Below, one piece after another: positions 11,635 through 26,359 of a stretch of DNA of 64,000 nucleotides. The notes below the pieces were generated by a model that searched no databases, was not told where the DNA came from, and saw nothing but the letters and a program-made list of their open reading frames with translations. A program made the translations under genes and the position numbers. The stretch covers positions 1,674,001 through 1,738,000 of the forward strand of contig OZ251224.1 of the NCBI GenBank assembly GCA_965240325.2, in the 5' to 3' direction. Position 1 is the stretch's first letter, and every line of letters begins with the position of its first letter. This DNA is from Rebecca billardiae RCC1528 (Eukaryota; Protista; Haptophyta).

Positions 11635-12876
11635 ATGGCTGTCGCGTGGCTCGGCCTCGCGGCGATCGCCGCAGCTGGCGCCGGCGCCGGCAGACTGCCG
11701 GCGCGACCGGCGGTTGTACGCGCCTCCGTCCGGGCGAGCGTCTCGCCGTCTGTTCCCGAGAGCGCATCCCAGGCCGAGCTCGTCGCCGCGCTGGCCATCT
11801 CGCAGCTTGCGGAGGCGATTGCGCAGCCAGCGTCCCAGCGCGGGCTGTCGGGCGCGTCAGCGTTCAGCGAGCAGCTGCAGGTGGACAGCGCGCTGTGGGC
11901 GGCAGGCTCGCGCGCGCAGTGGGCAGACCAGGTCTCGGATCTCGCAGACTTCTACGGCGACCCCCGCCTCGAGGTGCTCGCCGTCCGCGAGGGCGGTGCG
12001 GCGGGCACGATGGTGGATTGGATGCTGTCGGGGACGTGGCCGGCGCCGTGGCGCCCGCGGGTGGCGGTGCTAGGCTCGAGCGCGCTCGAGATGGCGAGCG
12101 GCCCGAGCGGCGGCCTCGTCGTCTCACGCATACGCGACACGCTCAAGACGCCCCCGACGGACGTCTTCCTGCGCCAGCTGCTCCCGGACTGGGAGGACGT
12201 GTACAACCTGTACAACTCCGCGCACGCCGAGCAGCCGGCGCACGAGCCGATCGGCCGGGGCAGCGGGTACCAGCTGCGCCGGCTGCCGCCGACGCTGGTG
12301 CTCGAGTTCGACTACACCGTGCGTCCGTCAACGCCGCTGCTCCCGCCCGTGCTCCCCGGCTTTGCCTTCACCGGCAAGCAGCTCAAAACGCGCGACGAGT
12401 GGACGGCGGTGCGGCCCCTCACGGCCGAGTTTGCACCTACCGGCGAGGCGGAGGCGGCGGGGACACGAGTACGGCTGACGGTGCCGGTGCCGACGCGCCT
12501 CGGCCGCGACATGTCCACCTTGCCATCGCCGCAGCCGGCCGAGCAGGACGCCGAGGTTGCCGGGGCGAGCGCTCGGTACTCGCTCGTGCCCGCCCGCACG
12601 GTTGCGGTGCGCGCCTTTGCGGGCAACCCCGCGGACAACGCCGCGGTGCTGTCCGAGGTGGACAAGCTGCTCGACGGCTTGCGCAAGGACGGGCGGCGTG
12701 TGCTCGGCGCCGAGCGCGGGGCCGGCGGCCGGCCGGCCTTTCAGGTGAGCCAGTACAACTGCAAGGCGGGCTTCGACATGGACGGCCGCCTCGCGCTCGC
12801 CCAGTACGAGGGCACCGTCGACCCGCTGCGGCGCAACGAGGTGCTCGTTGACGTCGAGACAGGCGCGGGCAAGTGA
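11635..12876 (+). CDS. SOUL heme-binding family protein with N-terminal NTF2/DUF2358-like domain, likely plastid-targeted
   Basis: Signal-peptide-like N-terminus, W.LSGTWPAPWRPR, VAVRAFAG and C-terminal RRNEVL. Confidence 0.7.
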   Translation: MAVAWLGLAAIAAAGAGAGRLPARPAVVRASVRASVSPSVPESASQAELVAALAISQLAEAIAQPASQRGLSGASAFSEQLQVDSALWAAGSRAQWADQVSDLADFYGDPRLEVLAVREGGAAGTMVDWMLSGTWPAPWRPRVAVLGSSALEMASGPSGGLVVSRIRDTLKTPPTDVFLRQLLPDWEDVYNLYNSAHAEQPAHEPIGRGSGYQLRRLPPTLVLEFDYTVRPSTPLLPPVLPGFAFTGKQLKTRDEWTAVRPLTAEFAPTGEAEAAGTRVRLTVPVPTRLGRDMSTLPSPQPAEQDAEVAGASARYSLVPARTVAVRAFAGNPADNAAVLSEVDKLLDGLRKDGRRVLGAERGAGGRPAFQVSQYNCKAGFDMDGRLALAQYEGTVDPLRRNEVLVDVETGAGK

Positions 12877-13444
12877 AGCGACGCGTCGGCACGCGCAAGG
12901 GGCCGATTGCCCGCCGGCGCGTGGCCACTTTGGCAAGCGCGGTCCCCGCCCTCACGCATGCCGCACACGCGCGTTTGGGGCTTCACAGGTGCGGGCGGGT
13001 GCTATCGGTCCGACCACTGCTCACTCAGCGCTGAACTTTTGCGGAGGATTGCAGTCGAGCTCAACTGGCATCAGCTGTGGAGCCAGCAGCCCCGATCATC
13101 GAGCCTCAAGGTCGAGGCGGCTTGAGCCCTGAGCACCGAGCACGCGATGTCGATGGTGACCGTCGCCGATGGCAGATGGGGCGTCACGGGGCGGCCCGGC
13201 ACCTGGCAATGCAACTTGCAAGCCGCAAGGCCAAGGCCCGGCGCTCCCGCGCGGCACGCTCCCGCGCGCGGCACATTAACAGCAGGTACTTAAGTCGCGT
13301 CGTCATGTAAGTGTGTATTACTGACTACAATAATTGACATCTGACGACGATGGACATGCACAGATGAACCGCATCGTCGTCCGGACCGCGCCGGACGGGC
13401 CAGGCAGCGTCGGGCAATCTGAATCTGAGTTCCGGACTGCATCA

Positions 13445-13573
<129 letters not shown>

Positions 13574-14372
13574 TAGCCACTCCGCCATGCCCGGCTCGTG
13601 CAAGGCGTCGGGTACGACTGGACTCTGGAGCTGGATGGTCGCGACGCGCGGCGTTGTGGAGTAGACGACCACGCCGATGATCATGGAACGATCAGGTTAT
13701 AGCTATGTTGGGATTTGACCAACGAACGACAGCGGGCGCTGGCAGCGGCGTGGCGGTTGAGCTGCTGCCCGAGGTCGAGAGGGCGCCCGCGAGTCGTCAG
13801 TCACTGAGCAAGGTCGATTAAGGCTGATGGCTCGCTGACACTGCAGTGCACGTACGTATGGAACCCATTCCATATCCGCCAGAGGCAGAGGGTGGGCGGG
13901 CGGGCAAACGATGAAGCGTGCGGGTTGACGCGACAGCGGCGAGAGCAAGAGGCCATTGCATGAGGGGCGACGCGGCGAGGACAGATGACGTCGTCGCGCC
14001 GCCGACGATCAGGCGGGGAGCCGGGCCACACAGACAGCCAGCGACCTTACCGAGCAGAGGGGCTGCGGCGACTGCGGTGCACCTCCTGCAGCGGAGCGTG
14101 CACCCGGCAGTGCCCATGATGCAGGCGATCCCCCTGCCCAGCTCGGCGCCTTCGTCGTGGGCAGCCCGATGTCGCCCGAAGAGCGAGACCTGATGGCCAC
14201 GATGGGCGGTAATCAACCGAGTCCTGCGGGTGCGCCGCTGTGTGCCGGATTGGCAGCGCACTAGGACAGTCCTGCGCGCGGCGGTGCGCGCGGGACCGCA
14301 ACGCAGGAATGCCATGCTAGCCGGATTCTTGGCGTCGCTCATAGACACTCAGTTATAGGTTCCCTATAACGC

Positions 14373-15981
<1,609 letters not shown>

Positions 15982-16188
15982 TAAGTATATATATATAAGT
16001 AGCTGCTAGCGCAGCACGCGTCCTACTGCAATCTGAGTAATCTCACGGTATAGTCACGCCAGTGCGGAGTGCCCGTGACCGTGTCCGTGTGCGGACAGTG
16101 TGCCGCTGTCACAGTAAGACTGACTCTCTGAGTGTTACTTCATACTTGTGCCGTGTGCGTCTGGCTACTTGACCGTTGACGGTTATTA

Positions 16189-17805
16189 TGGCCCGCGGTG
16201 CAGGGCGGAGCGCGCAGCGTGGAGCCCGCACCAGCGGGCCCGAACCACGTTTCAAAAAGATCTTTGATCAAGAAAAAAGGGACGGGGGGCGATTTTTAGG
16301 GCTGGCGGAGACCGAGTTTCGAGTTTTTGAGATCGCATAGAGAGGTCTATTAGGCCGAAAATAACCGCGCCCAGCTCATTCCCTTAAGTAAAGTGCGATC
16401 TGGACGTCAGCTGGACGTGACATTAACGTAACGGTTCGTTACGAGCGCGATTTTGTGGGTAGACTCTCGTTCATGTGTGATAGTTTGCCTCCGCCTTGAT
16501 GAATATGAACTTGGCTTCGCGGCGGTTGGTATCTAGAGTCTAAAACCCGCAAGCCTTATTGAAAATACCCGCGCAGCTATTCGTTGCCAGCCCATTCCAT
16601 AGTCACTGACTTACCGAGCTGGCGAGCTCAAAACCTGCCGTCGTCGCAAGGACGACGTGCTGTGCAGGTTTCTTCTGCTGGGGTGGCGAGCGAGCCTCGA
16701 CGACTCTTGGTTGGTCCGCAAGGGGGCGCTCGATGGGCAGGTGCGCGTGGCAAGTGCCGAGTGGCGCCTGGAGCGCGCGTCTGCGGCGGGTCCCGACGGC
16801 CGTCGACATCGCGTTCGTGCCCGCTCACTAGTCACTCCGCACGCCCCTGCCGCGCCCTGTCGATGCCTGCGCGGCCGGCCGGCGCGCGGCCGCGCCGCCG
16901 CCGCCGCAGCCGCCGCCCTGTGTTCGGGCTCTCGCAAGCTAGGGGGCAGCGGCGCATGATGCCGGACTGATCGATCTCTGAGTCTCCGACTTCACCACAC
17001 GCCCCCCTTGCCATGCCTCTCCGCCAGGGTCTCCCAGAACTCTTCTTCAGAGCAGGCGCAAGTCGAACTCGGAACTGGCCGCGGCCCCGCGCGCCGTCGG
17101 CTCCCCGTGGCTGTCAGCTCCGCGTGGCCTGGGCGCCTGGCGTGCCCAGAGCTGGCCGTGCCTCTGCGACGCGTGCCGAGCCTGACCGAGGTGTGTCACC
17201 CCGTGCACGCGCGGCGCGCGCAAGCACCGGTGCTGCATGGCTGCTCGCACCGTGCTCCCTGGCTCGCGGTCAGTCAGCTCGGCCGCGTGGTGCCTGGTGT
17301 GCACGTAGAGTCGCGCTCATGCGTCGCTCACGCCTCGCGCCCGCCTGTCGGCCGTCGCGCAGGCGCGCAGGTCGAACCCTACTGACCTGCAGATCATCTA
17401 CTCCTGCGCTGCTGGCGTCGCGGCGACGACGGTCAGCGGCAGGCCCGAACGAACGGTCGAATCCGCGCGGTCCCGCGCCGTCCGGCTCCCTGGCTGTCAG
17501 TCAGCTCCGCCGGTGGCCTGGCGTGCAAGAGTCGCGCTCGTGCGTCGATCACGCCGAGTCGCATCCGCCTGTCGGCCGTCGCGCACGCGCAGGGGGTCAG
17601 GTAAGGGCCGTCTGTGATGAGGGCAGCTCGGCCGACGACCGACATCCACACTCGGCGCACGCCGGCGGCGGCGCGGCGCTGGGGCGGCGCGCCGCTGGAT
17701 GGAGTCTAGTTACACGTGTACGGGACGACTGCGACGGAGGGTGCACCGCCACCGCGGGCCCCGAACTACGTTCGTTCTACGGAAAAGGACCGCGGAACGC
17801 GGTCA
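16189..17805 (+). mobile_element. Hairpin/asymmetric-IR element, copy E3 (opposite orientation)
   Basis: Starts A|TGGCCCGCGGTGCAGGG and ends CACCGCGGGCCCC...GACCGCG-GAA-CGCGGTCA|T. Confidence 0.72.
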
Positions 17806-18517
17806 TATTTAATAGTATAATTAGCTAGCAGCAGTCATCAACTGTAGCGGCTTCTGTTATAGTCAGGCTGCCTCCTATTCCAAAGTTCCGAGGTCGTCAA
17901 GGGCTCAGCCTGACCGTGATGAGGCATTGAGGCTATGCGCCATGATAACAGATAAGCTACCATACCGCCGGTCACTTTGTCTCTGACTTTGAGATTCGCG
18001 GGTACAGTATAGCTTCCTAGCTCTTGAGTACGCGGGCTAGCTACGTCTCGGTAATGAGGCGCCGAGGCGGCTAGGCTACCGCTAGTTAAGCCTAGATCGA
18101 AGAGTCGATATCACTCATGAGCGACCACGCGGTCGCGCGCCGCACACGCCGACGGCGACGCGGCGCCGAGTGTCGTCTGTCGACGCCGGAGTGACGTCCC
18201 GACCGCAATGGTACACCGTACAGCACTCGGCGGCACGGATGTCGGATCGCGGGCTACAACCCGCTAACCTGAGTAACCGAGTCAGTGTCTATCTGACTGC
18301 AACGGACTACCGTGTGGCACTGTCACCGCAAGTACATGTTCTAGTTAATCGCTGACGGCCGACTTGACTCCTCATCAGAGCGCAGACTCAGACTATGAAG
18401 TATGAGCACGGCAAACCGCCGTTTGTTATTGGCGGTTAGGACTGATTCGTCAATCGCGTTCGTCGTCGTCAGTAGGGCTGCCGGGTGCGGGGGAGCCCCC
18501 GTGTGGCCCGCGCCGCG

Positions 18518-20156
18518 ATGGCCGAAGATGAGCGCATTCGCTTGTGGAAGCTGCAGCTGCAGCAGGAGATGGAGGCCGAGGAGGACGACGACGACCTCTT
18601 CCGCATCCCGCCATCGGCCGCCCTGCCGGAGATGCCCGATGAGCCGCTGTCGGACGAGGACGTGCCGTCTGGCCCCGGGCACACGTTTGACGACGACCTC
18701 GGCCTCGACCTCGAGGAGCCGGCGTTCAAGGCCAAGCCGCCCGCACACCCGACCACGTTTGAGCTCCCGGAGAAGCCAGTGCCACCACCGCCCGATCGCC
18801 AGGCCGTCATCACGCAGGCTACGGTCGCCAGCCTGCAGGCGCAGCTGCAGGAGCGCGACATCGAGATTGCTCGTCTCAAGCGCAGCGGTCCGGGCGCGGC
18901 GGACGACGGCCGCGGCGACGACATGAGGGACCAGAAGCTGCGCGAGCTCGCGAAGAAGAACCGCGCGCTCGTCCAAGCCCTGGGCAAGGAGCGCGCGCAG
19001 AACGCCGCGCTCGCGGGCGAGCTCGCCTCGCTCCGGTCGTCCGAAGCGCAGAAGGGCTCGGCGGCTCAGCAGCAGGCGGCGGGAGCGGGTGGGAGCGGGA
19101 AGGCGGCGGCCAGCTCCGCGACGGCCTCGGCGCGCGGCTCCGCCGCCGAGCGCTCCGCCGCCGCCGCCGCCGCCGCGCGCGCGCCGGAGGAGGACGGCTC
19201 GCAGCTGCGCGAGCTTCGCGAGAAGCTGTCGGGCGCGGTGGCCAAGCTGCATGAGGCACGGCAGGCGCAGCAGGCGACCCGCGCCGAGCTCGAGCGGTAC
19301 AAGCGCGCGCTCGCGCGCGAGGTGGGCGAGGACACGCCGCTGAGCAAGGTGCTCGATGAGGCGAGCGGCTGGCGCGGCCGCGCGCAGCAAATCACCTTGC
19401 TGCGCGCCAAGCTCGACGAGGCGCGGCGCGCGCCCGGCGGGGGCGGCGGTGAGGACGACCGCCCGCGGAATGGCGCTGACGACAAGATCCGCGCGCAGCT
19501 CGCGTCGAAGGAGCAGGCACGCGCGCACGCCCGGCGCCACGCACGCCGCGTGCGCACGCCCGACGTCCGCCTCGCTCACGCCCCCCGCTCCCCGCGCCGA
19601 CGCGGCCGCTCGCCTGCAGGAGCGGCGGCGTGAGTTTGAGCGTCTGCTGCTGCGCGAGCAGGACCTGCAGGCGGAGCGCACCGAGCTGCTGAGCAAGCTC
19701 GAGGCGGCGGCGGCGCGGATTAAGATCCTCGAGGGCGCCGCGCGCTCGGGGCGCGAGAAGCTCAAGGTGCTACTCACCAAGTCGGACAACGACGACGAGC
19801 TCATCAGCGCGCTCAAGCAGCAGCTGCAGAAGTCGGCCAAGGCGGCCGGCGCCGGAAGCGCAGCCGGCGGCGCGGGCGCCAACTCGCCCGAGCAGCGCCA
19901 GGCGGCCGAAGCGCGCGCGGCGGCCACGAGCCAAGCGCTCGACGCCATCACCGCGGAGAAGGAGGAGTTGGTGAAACAGAACGAACGGCAGGAGCAGATC
20001 ATCGTCTTCCTTCGCGACCAGCTCTCGCGCCAATCCGTCGTGAAGGAGACTCCGCAGGAGATGCAGCAACTGCAGGTGGAGAACGGTAAGCTGCGTGAGC
20101 TGTGCCAGCTGCTGCAGGACAAGCTCGCGAGAGCAGGCGCCTCCACGCCCTCGTAA
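18518..20156 (+). CDS. CCDC13: Coiled-coil domain-containing protein 13; GC-AG intron 19517-19619
   Basis: KLRELAKKNR, RALAREVGE...GWRGRAQQITLL and KSDNDDELISAL match conserved CCDC13 blocks. A phase-0 CAG|GC...CAG|GAG junction joins the frames. Confidence 0.8.
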
Positions 20157-20952
20157 GGGCCTCGCGTAGCCGGAATGCTGGCCCGGTGGCGGCACCGTAC
20201 CGCCGGGGCTTCTTCGTTCGGTCCGATCGACGAAGACTAGGATGACCGTCGTTCGGAGTCAATGATGCGACCGAGTCCGAGTGCCTGCGGCTCAGTGACA
20301 GTGCAGGGCGCCACTCGTGACTCGGCCGAGTCGGCGAGTCGCGGAGACGGAGTCGGCCTCGCCCTCGGGCTCGGCGCCGGAGGCGGACGAGGCCGCGGAG
20401 GCGGGCGAGGCGGCCACCGTGATCTATTCGATGATGGGGTGTGTGACGCGCGCACGTGTATGTAAATTATTCAGCGCATTCGATATCGAAGATTCTGAGC
20501 AGTCGACGGTATGTATTGACATCGATCGTCTGCGCTATATGCAGTAGTAGACGAATCGGCGTCGGGGCCGACGGCGGCGGGCCGGGCCTTCAGCGTCCCG
20601 GGCGGCCTGCTCGGCGCGCGCACCAGGGTGCGGCAGTGGCAGCGCACGGCATGCATGCAACAGACAGCAGCGAGGCTAGGCCCTCGCGCCGGGCGCACAC
20701 TGGCAGCAGCCAGCAGGTGCAGATGCGGCCGCGGATCTGGCGAGCGCTGCCACTCGCATAGCCATACGCTGCACTCTGCGAGCCACCGCCGAAGACAGCG
20801 CTTGCCGCAGCCACACTAGCGGCCAATGCTCAGCGCACTCGGAGCGACGTGATGAGATGCTGTTGGGGTCGTAAGTACGCATCCCACTCGAGACTTGGCG
20901 GTGTCAAAGAAAGGATGCGGAGGGCGCGCGACGATCGCGCGTGGTTCGAGCG

Positions 20953-21678
20953 CTAGTGCGAATGGCTCGGCGGCGAGTCCGACTCTGGAGGCTGCAGCAG
21001 CGCTGCCAGCGCAAAGCACAGGAAGAGGACGCCGCCCACGCACGAGACTGTCCGCTCGGATATCTTGGAAGCCAGCATCCGGCCGCCAATCACAGCGAGG
21101 CCCGTGCAGAGGGCGTGCCCAGCGATGCTGCCGATGGTGACGCCAGAGGCGTCCTTGGACGCCGCAAGCGCCAGCGTGGCCACCTGCGAGCGGTCGCCCC
21201 ACTCGGCCAGGAAGGTGAGCGTGAAGCTCTGCATGAGTGCGGGGGCGATGCCACACGCGGAGCTGAGCTCTTCCCTCGATATTTGTCGCGTCCCCTGCAG
21301 AGGCTGGGTGACCTCGCTCCCCGCGTCGCCGAGCTCAGCCTCCACCTCCTCCAGCTCGTCGCTCACTCCGCCCTCCATGGCGGAAGCGTCCCGCAGTAGG
21401 CGCACGCCAAACACGAAGAAGAGGGCTGCAGCCGCGTAGTGCGTGTAGACCTTTGGGAGCAGCATGGGGGCGAGGTGGCCGAGGCCGACAGCGAGCAGCG
21501 TCATCACGATCAGTGCAAGCATGGCACCCATGTAGATCAGGGTGCGGGAATGCTTCATGGCAAGGATGGCCGCGATGAAGAAGGTCTTGTCGCCGAGCTC
21601 CGTCGCAAGGATCACCGAGAACGAGGCGCTGAGCGCGGAGAAGAAATCGGAGCCCTCACTTCCGCCCGCCTCCGCCAT
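20953..21678 (-). CDS. GDT1: GDT1/TMEM165 (UPF0016) Ca2+/Mn2+ transporter
   Basis: Two signature motifs, ELGDKT and EWGDRS, with an acidic central loop. Confidence 0.93.
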   Translation of the reverse strand: MAEAGGSEGSDFFSALSASFSVILATELGDKTFFIAAILAMKHSRTLIYMGAMLALIVMTLLAVGLGHLAPMLLPKVYTHYAAAALFFVFGVRLLRDASAMEGGVSDELEEVEAELGDAGSEVTQPLQGTRQISREELSSACGIAPALMQSFTLTFLAEWGDRSQVATLALAASKDASGVTIGSIAGHALCTGLAVIGGRMLASKISERTVSCVGGVLFLCFALAALLQPPESDSPPSHSH

Positions 21679-21905
21679 GGCTCCAACCCGCCGCGAGCGC
21701 GACGGTCCGCGATGCCGTGCGGGTGCGAGTTGTCTCCCCGCGATGCAAGATGCGCGCTTGCCCGTGCTGCGCGGGTCCTTGAAGGCTGCCAGTCAAGTCC
21801 GATGCGGCGGAGCCGGACCGTGATTTGCTTCAGTGACGCAAGCGTGCGGCGGGCTGGCGACGGGAGAGCACAGGCGGCGGTCGCCGCCGAGCTCACGCGA
21901 CTGCC

Positions 21906-22923
21906 ATGGCGCGCAATCAAGAGAAGGCGCAGCACGCGCTGAACCGGTACATTGACGGCAAGCGCGAGGAGCTGGAAGGCCCAAAGGCGACGCGCCCTTA
22001 CCTCGCGTCGCTCTGTGACACTGTGCCCGAGTGTGAGAAATGGCGGATGGAGATCGTGCGCGAAGTCGGCAAGAAAGTCTCGATGATTCAGAACGGTGCG
22101 CGCGCCGCAGCGTGTGCGTCCCGGCGAACCCCCGCTCACGGCTCGCTGCGTACTTCTGTCCGGGCTCGACGCGTGCTGACCCGCGCACTCAGCACTCGCG
22201 CCCGCGCGGCGGCATCATCTTGCCCACACGCAGAGGGCCTCGCGGAGCACAAGATCCGGGATCTGAACGACCAGATCAACAAGCTGCTGCGAGAAAAACA
22301 CCACTGGGAGAAGCGCATCAAAGAGCTCGGTGGCCCCGACTACGCTGTGCGCGCACGGCGCCCCCACCCATCGCGCCCCACCCTGTATCTTGCAGCTGGC
22401 TCATGTGCGCCCCCACTGCACGCCCCACGCCACGCTGCGCCCATGACAGAAATCGGCCCCACGGATCGATGACGATACGTCGCTCGAGGTGGTGCCGGGG
22501 GGCAAAGGCGGTGGGTACCGCTACTTTGGCGCCGCCAAGAACCTCCCCGGCGTGCGCGAGCTCTTTGTGCGTGAGCCCGTCTCGCGGCCGAAGCGAACGC
22601 GCGCACAGATTGCGAAGAGCGTGGATGCTGACTACTATGGGTACCGAGACGACGACGATGGCGAGCTCGAGCGATTGGAGGCTGAGGCCGAGGCACGCGC
22701 GCGCGAGGATATGATCAAACGGTGGAAAGCGGAAAAGGGAGCGGCGGCCGTCGACGACGACGATCTCGCGATTCCGCGTACAAGCGCCGCGGGCAATGAG
22801 TCTGATTCGGTCTACCTTGCACACGTGCCACTGCCATCAGAGGCGGACATCGAAAAGGCCATCCTGGAACGGCGCAAGCGCGAGCTGATGGCAAAATACC
22901 TCGGGGGTTCCGGAGCGAGCTGA
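21906..22923 (+). CDS. ISY1: Pre-mRNA splicing factor ISY1; introns 22096-22233, 22347-22449
   Basis: MARNQEKAQ, IRDLNDQINKLLREK.HWE.RIKELGGPDY, GYRYFGAAKNLPGVRELF and YYGYRDDDDG. Confidence 0.96.
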
Positions 22924-23448
22924 TGTGCGATTCGGTGCTACAGTGCGACGTGGTGATGCCGCAGCTCGCTGCCCATCTATCTGAGTGGCGCCCGGAACGC
23001 CTGAAACGGCAACGGCTGGACACTGGGGTTTGGGCTGATGGTGCTGCCGGCGGACCTGAGTCCTGACCCGGCGTGACCCGAACTGACCAGTGACCGCGCC
23101 GATCTGCCAGGATCTGGTCACCACTCATCATCGATGACACAGTCACGCCACTCGTGACTCGTCTTACTACTAGTTACTGAACTACTGCCCTGACTAGGCG
23201 TCCGAGCTCGCCGAGACCTCAGTTTCAAGCGGATCACACTCGTCCGCAGTCCGACTGTCTGCCACTAGTGGCACGGGCCAGTAAGAGACTGACCGTGTCC
23301 GTAACTGAGTGACCTGAGCGACTGACTAAATAGTAGTAAATGGATTAGTGCCGAGCCCTTAAGTGAGTAGTGTATCATAGTCGGTAGTGAATAAGTATAC
23401 ACGATGCCTGCGGAAGTAGGAGGCTGCAGCCCCCCCCCCCCCCCCGCT

Positions 23449-23532
23449 ACGGCTTCATGGGCGGTGACAGTTGGCGGGCGTCAATCTCGCCCGGTGCCTG
23501 AGCTGTGTGCGTCTCTTATTCTTAGTAAACTG
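23449..23532 (-). mobile_element. Solo end of R-type Tc1/mariner-like MITE
   Basis: ...CTGAGCTGTGTGCGTCTCTTATTCTTAGTAAACTG|TA, matching the ends at 31549 and 63443. Confidence 0.6.
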
Positions 23533-23756
23533 TAACTAATTAATGAGGCTGCTGCTGATCAGTAACCGATGGGCTTGCTGATCGGGCTGCTGCAGCCCCG
23601 GACCCCGGCGTACCGTGCAGCGCACTCGGCACTGCTGGCTGTCGGGCAGGTCCGACCGGAGGCGCCAGGCGGCGGTCGTCTGCATGGCCATGCATGCAGT
23701 CTCAGCAGCTCGCCCGGCCAGCCGCCACGGCCACTGTCACGGAATGTGACTGACTA

Positions 23757-24946
23757 CAGTTTACTATGATTTAACGTGCACACTTGGTTAAGGCGTGATT
23801 AACGCCATCCAACACTGCACAAAAACACCGCCACAAAACAGACCGGCGCAGGCAGGTGAGGGGCGCGTTGCCGCACCTCATCGAGGCGGCCATTGCAGCA
23901 AGCGGCCGCCCCGCGCTCGGAGGCACAGTTTACTAAGAATAAAAGACGCACACACAGCTCAGGCAGGCGAGATCGACGCCCGCCAACTGTCACCGCCCAT
24001 GAAGCCGTCGCCGATGGCTGCGCCGCCGGAAAATTCGTTCAGCCGTCCGCCTGCGAGGCCTGGATGAGGGCTGCGGCCGCCTCGCGGCGCGCCAGCGCCC
24101 GTCGTCCTCGCCCCACCGTCGTCCACAAAACGTCGTCGTCCGAACTCGCCGACTGGGCGCCGATGCAACAGCGCGCCGACAGGATGTATCATGTAGTAGT
24201 ATGGAATGTGGAGCCCCACCGTGTCGGTTGGGGAAGGCGTGTATCAAGCGGCATGACTGGGGTAGCTTATCACACAGAAGGCCTGGCCCTCAGGTGATAT
24301 GTGCCCCAGTATGGCGTGTCGGCCTCAAAGCCGGCGGCAGGGTTCTGTTGCCCGGAGGGTTCGCTGGCTCACCAGCTGCGAGGGCCGGGGCGTCCGGCTG
24401 TTTGCGCTTGCAGGCTGGGGCCGGCACTGGTGCCACCCCACCGCGTGTGCTGGCCTGCATGTATGGCTGCTGCCCAAGGTCGGCCTCGACGGGCTGCTCC
24501 CGGGCGGGCTGTGCCTGCACGCCGGGTGCGCGCGAAGCGTCGTCTCGCTGGTGAGGAGCTGCAGTTGTGCCTGCTGAGCCGCGCGTGTGGCGCTGGCACA
24601 GCCTGGCAGACTTCTGACTTGCGCAGGGGCGGGGCCTCAGGCACCGCATGTGTCGGGGGTCTGGGCTGGTCAGGGGCAGGGGGGGCAGGCCAGAGGGGCT
24701 GCTGCAGGGCATCAGAATCTGGGCGGCCCCGTTTGGCCGGCGGGCCACGCCCCTCCGCAGGGGGGTCGCCACGCGGCGCGACGGGCGGTGCTTGCGCGCG
24801 GGCGCTGCTGCTGGCACCACCTAGGCTACACCCGGGGGGGTGTCCAAGCGGGGGGGGCTCTTGCCACCGGTGACTGGGGGCTGTCGGTGCGGGCCTTGTG
24901 CATAGGGCGCAGTACTGACTGAGTGAGGAATCGTGAACTAGTAAAG

Positions 24947-24950
<4 letters not shown>
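23757..24950 (+). mobile_element. L-type Tc1/mariner-like MITE with nested R-type element from 23926; right boundary uncertain
   Basis: Begins TA|CAGTTTACTATGATTTAACGTGCACAC. The segment 23926-24485 is the reverse complement of about 62872-63443. Confidence 0.55.
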
Positions 24951-24987
<37 letters not shown>

Positions 24988-25352
24988 ATAAAATAGATCG
25001 TCATCATTGATGATTGACCGATTGTCCGACGACCGTCGCTAATCAGCTGATGATGAATCGGGCTCGGCACGCTGCACCAGCAGGCACCACGATTCCGCCT
25101 CGGGGCTGACTACTGGCCTGACTGACTCCCACTAGTGAGTAGTGTCTAGTGAGTGGCAGTGCCCGTGAGTCAGTGGCCGGACCGCAGCGCCAGCGGCAGC
25201 CATTGTGCCATTGCCTGGCAGCCTCTGAGATCCATCGCCGGGCATTATGCTCGCGCGCAGCACAGCGCAGTTGTCTGCTATCTCGAAGATGGCAATCGAC
25301 GCTAGAGTCCGCGCCAGCTCCGAGATGCTACTCTGGTAACGCCAATGAATTA

Positions 25353-25994
25353 TTAATTACATGATGCCGGATCCGAGTCTCGGAAGTCAGCACGTGGGCG
25401 GCCCTCGTGCCACGCAGCCAGTGCCGTCTGGTGCCAAGGGGACAGACGTGAATCAGATATCGACGTGATCCACTGGCCGCTGACACCAGGCTCGTAGCGC
25501 AGCTGAGTCGTGTCATCTGGTCCGGGTGCCACGAAGAACCCTGCCATACCAGCCGTCGGTGTTTTCGTTGCGGGCGCGGGGGATGGGGGGGGGGGGGCAC
25601 GCTTGCTGTCACAGGTGCGATCGCGGTGGGGTCGCGGTCCCGCAGGTCACTTACATGCAATCAGCTTGTCGTTGACAAATAGATCGACTGCACGGGACAG
25701 CTTGCCTCTCTCCGGGGCCCACCCTAGCTCCTCGACACACTCGCGCAGCACGGCGTCAACAGGGTCCTCATTTGCCTCGCGCTTGCCGCCAAAACACGTC
25801 AACCTGCCGGCTGCCACGCTCGCATCGAGCGGCCGTTGCTCGACGAACAGCTCGGACGAATCCAACGAGCTCTGCAAGGAGGGCCGTTGCAGGATGACGC
25901 AACAGTAGGGCGGCCATTCCGAGGTGAGCTGAATGCTCACGCCAGAGGCAGCTTGCTGAGCGCTCATTACATCGATCTTTCGATGCGCGCTCAT
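25353..25994 (-). CDS. Nudix hydrolase with one intron (about 25541-25654); start uncertain
   Basis: Nudix box GGKREANEDPVDAVLRECVEELG. A GTAAGT donor splices in frame to WFFVAPGP. Confidence 0.75.
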
Positions 25995-26359
25995 GAGGGG
26001 TGAGGCCTGTCGGCGGCAGTCCCAAGTCGAGAGGCGAGGTTGCAACACGTTGTGATAGCGGTGCGCGACTGTGCCGGGGGAGCTGGCCGCCGCCACGAGC
26101 ACAAACGCCGCGGCACGCGCCGTCGAGTGGCGCGTGCCGGTTCGGTTCATGCGCGCATCAGCGGTCGTTCCAGACGGGGGCGACGGTTCCTTCACGACGA
26201 AACCGCAGAACGTTTCTGACGAATTCGACTATGACTTGAACGTTTCTGCGCATGCGCACCTATTCAGGCAGCGGCTCGCACCCCCGAGCCGGTGCGAGCT
26301 GCAGTGCGAGCGGCGCAGGGCGGCGACCGGGACGACGCCCTCGCGCCAGGCACGTGACA

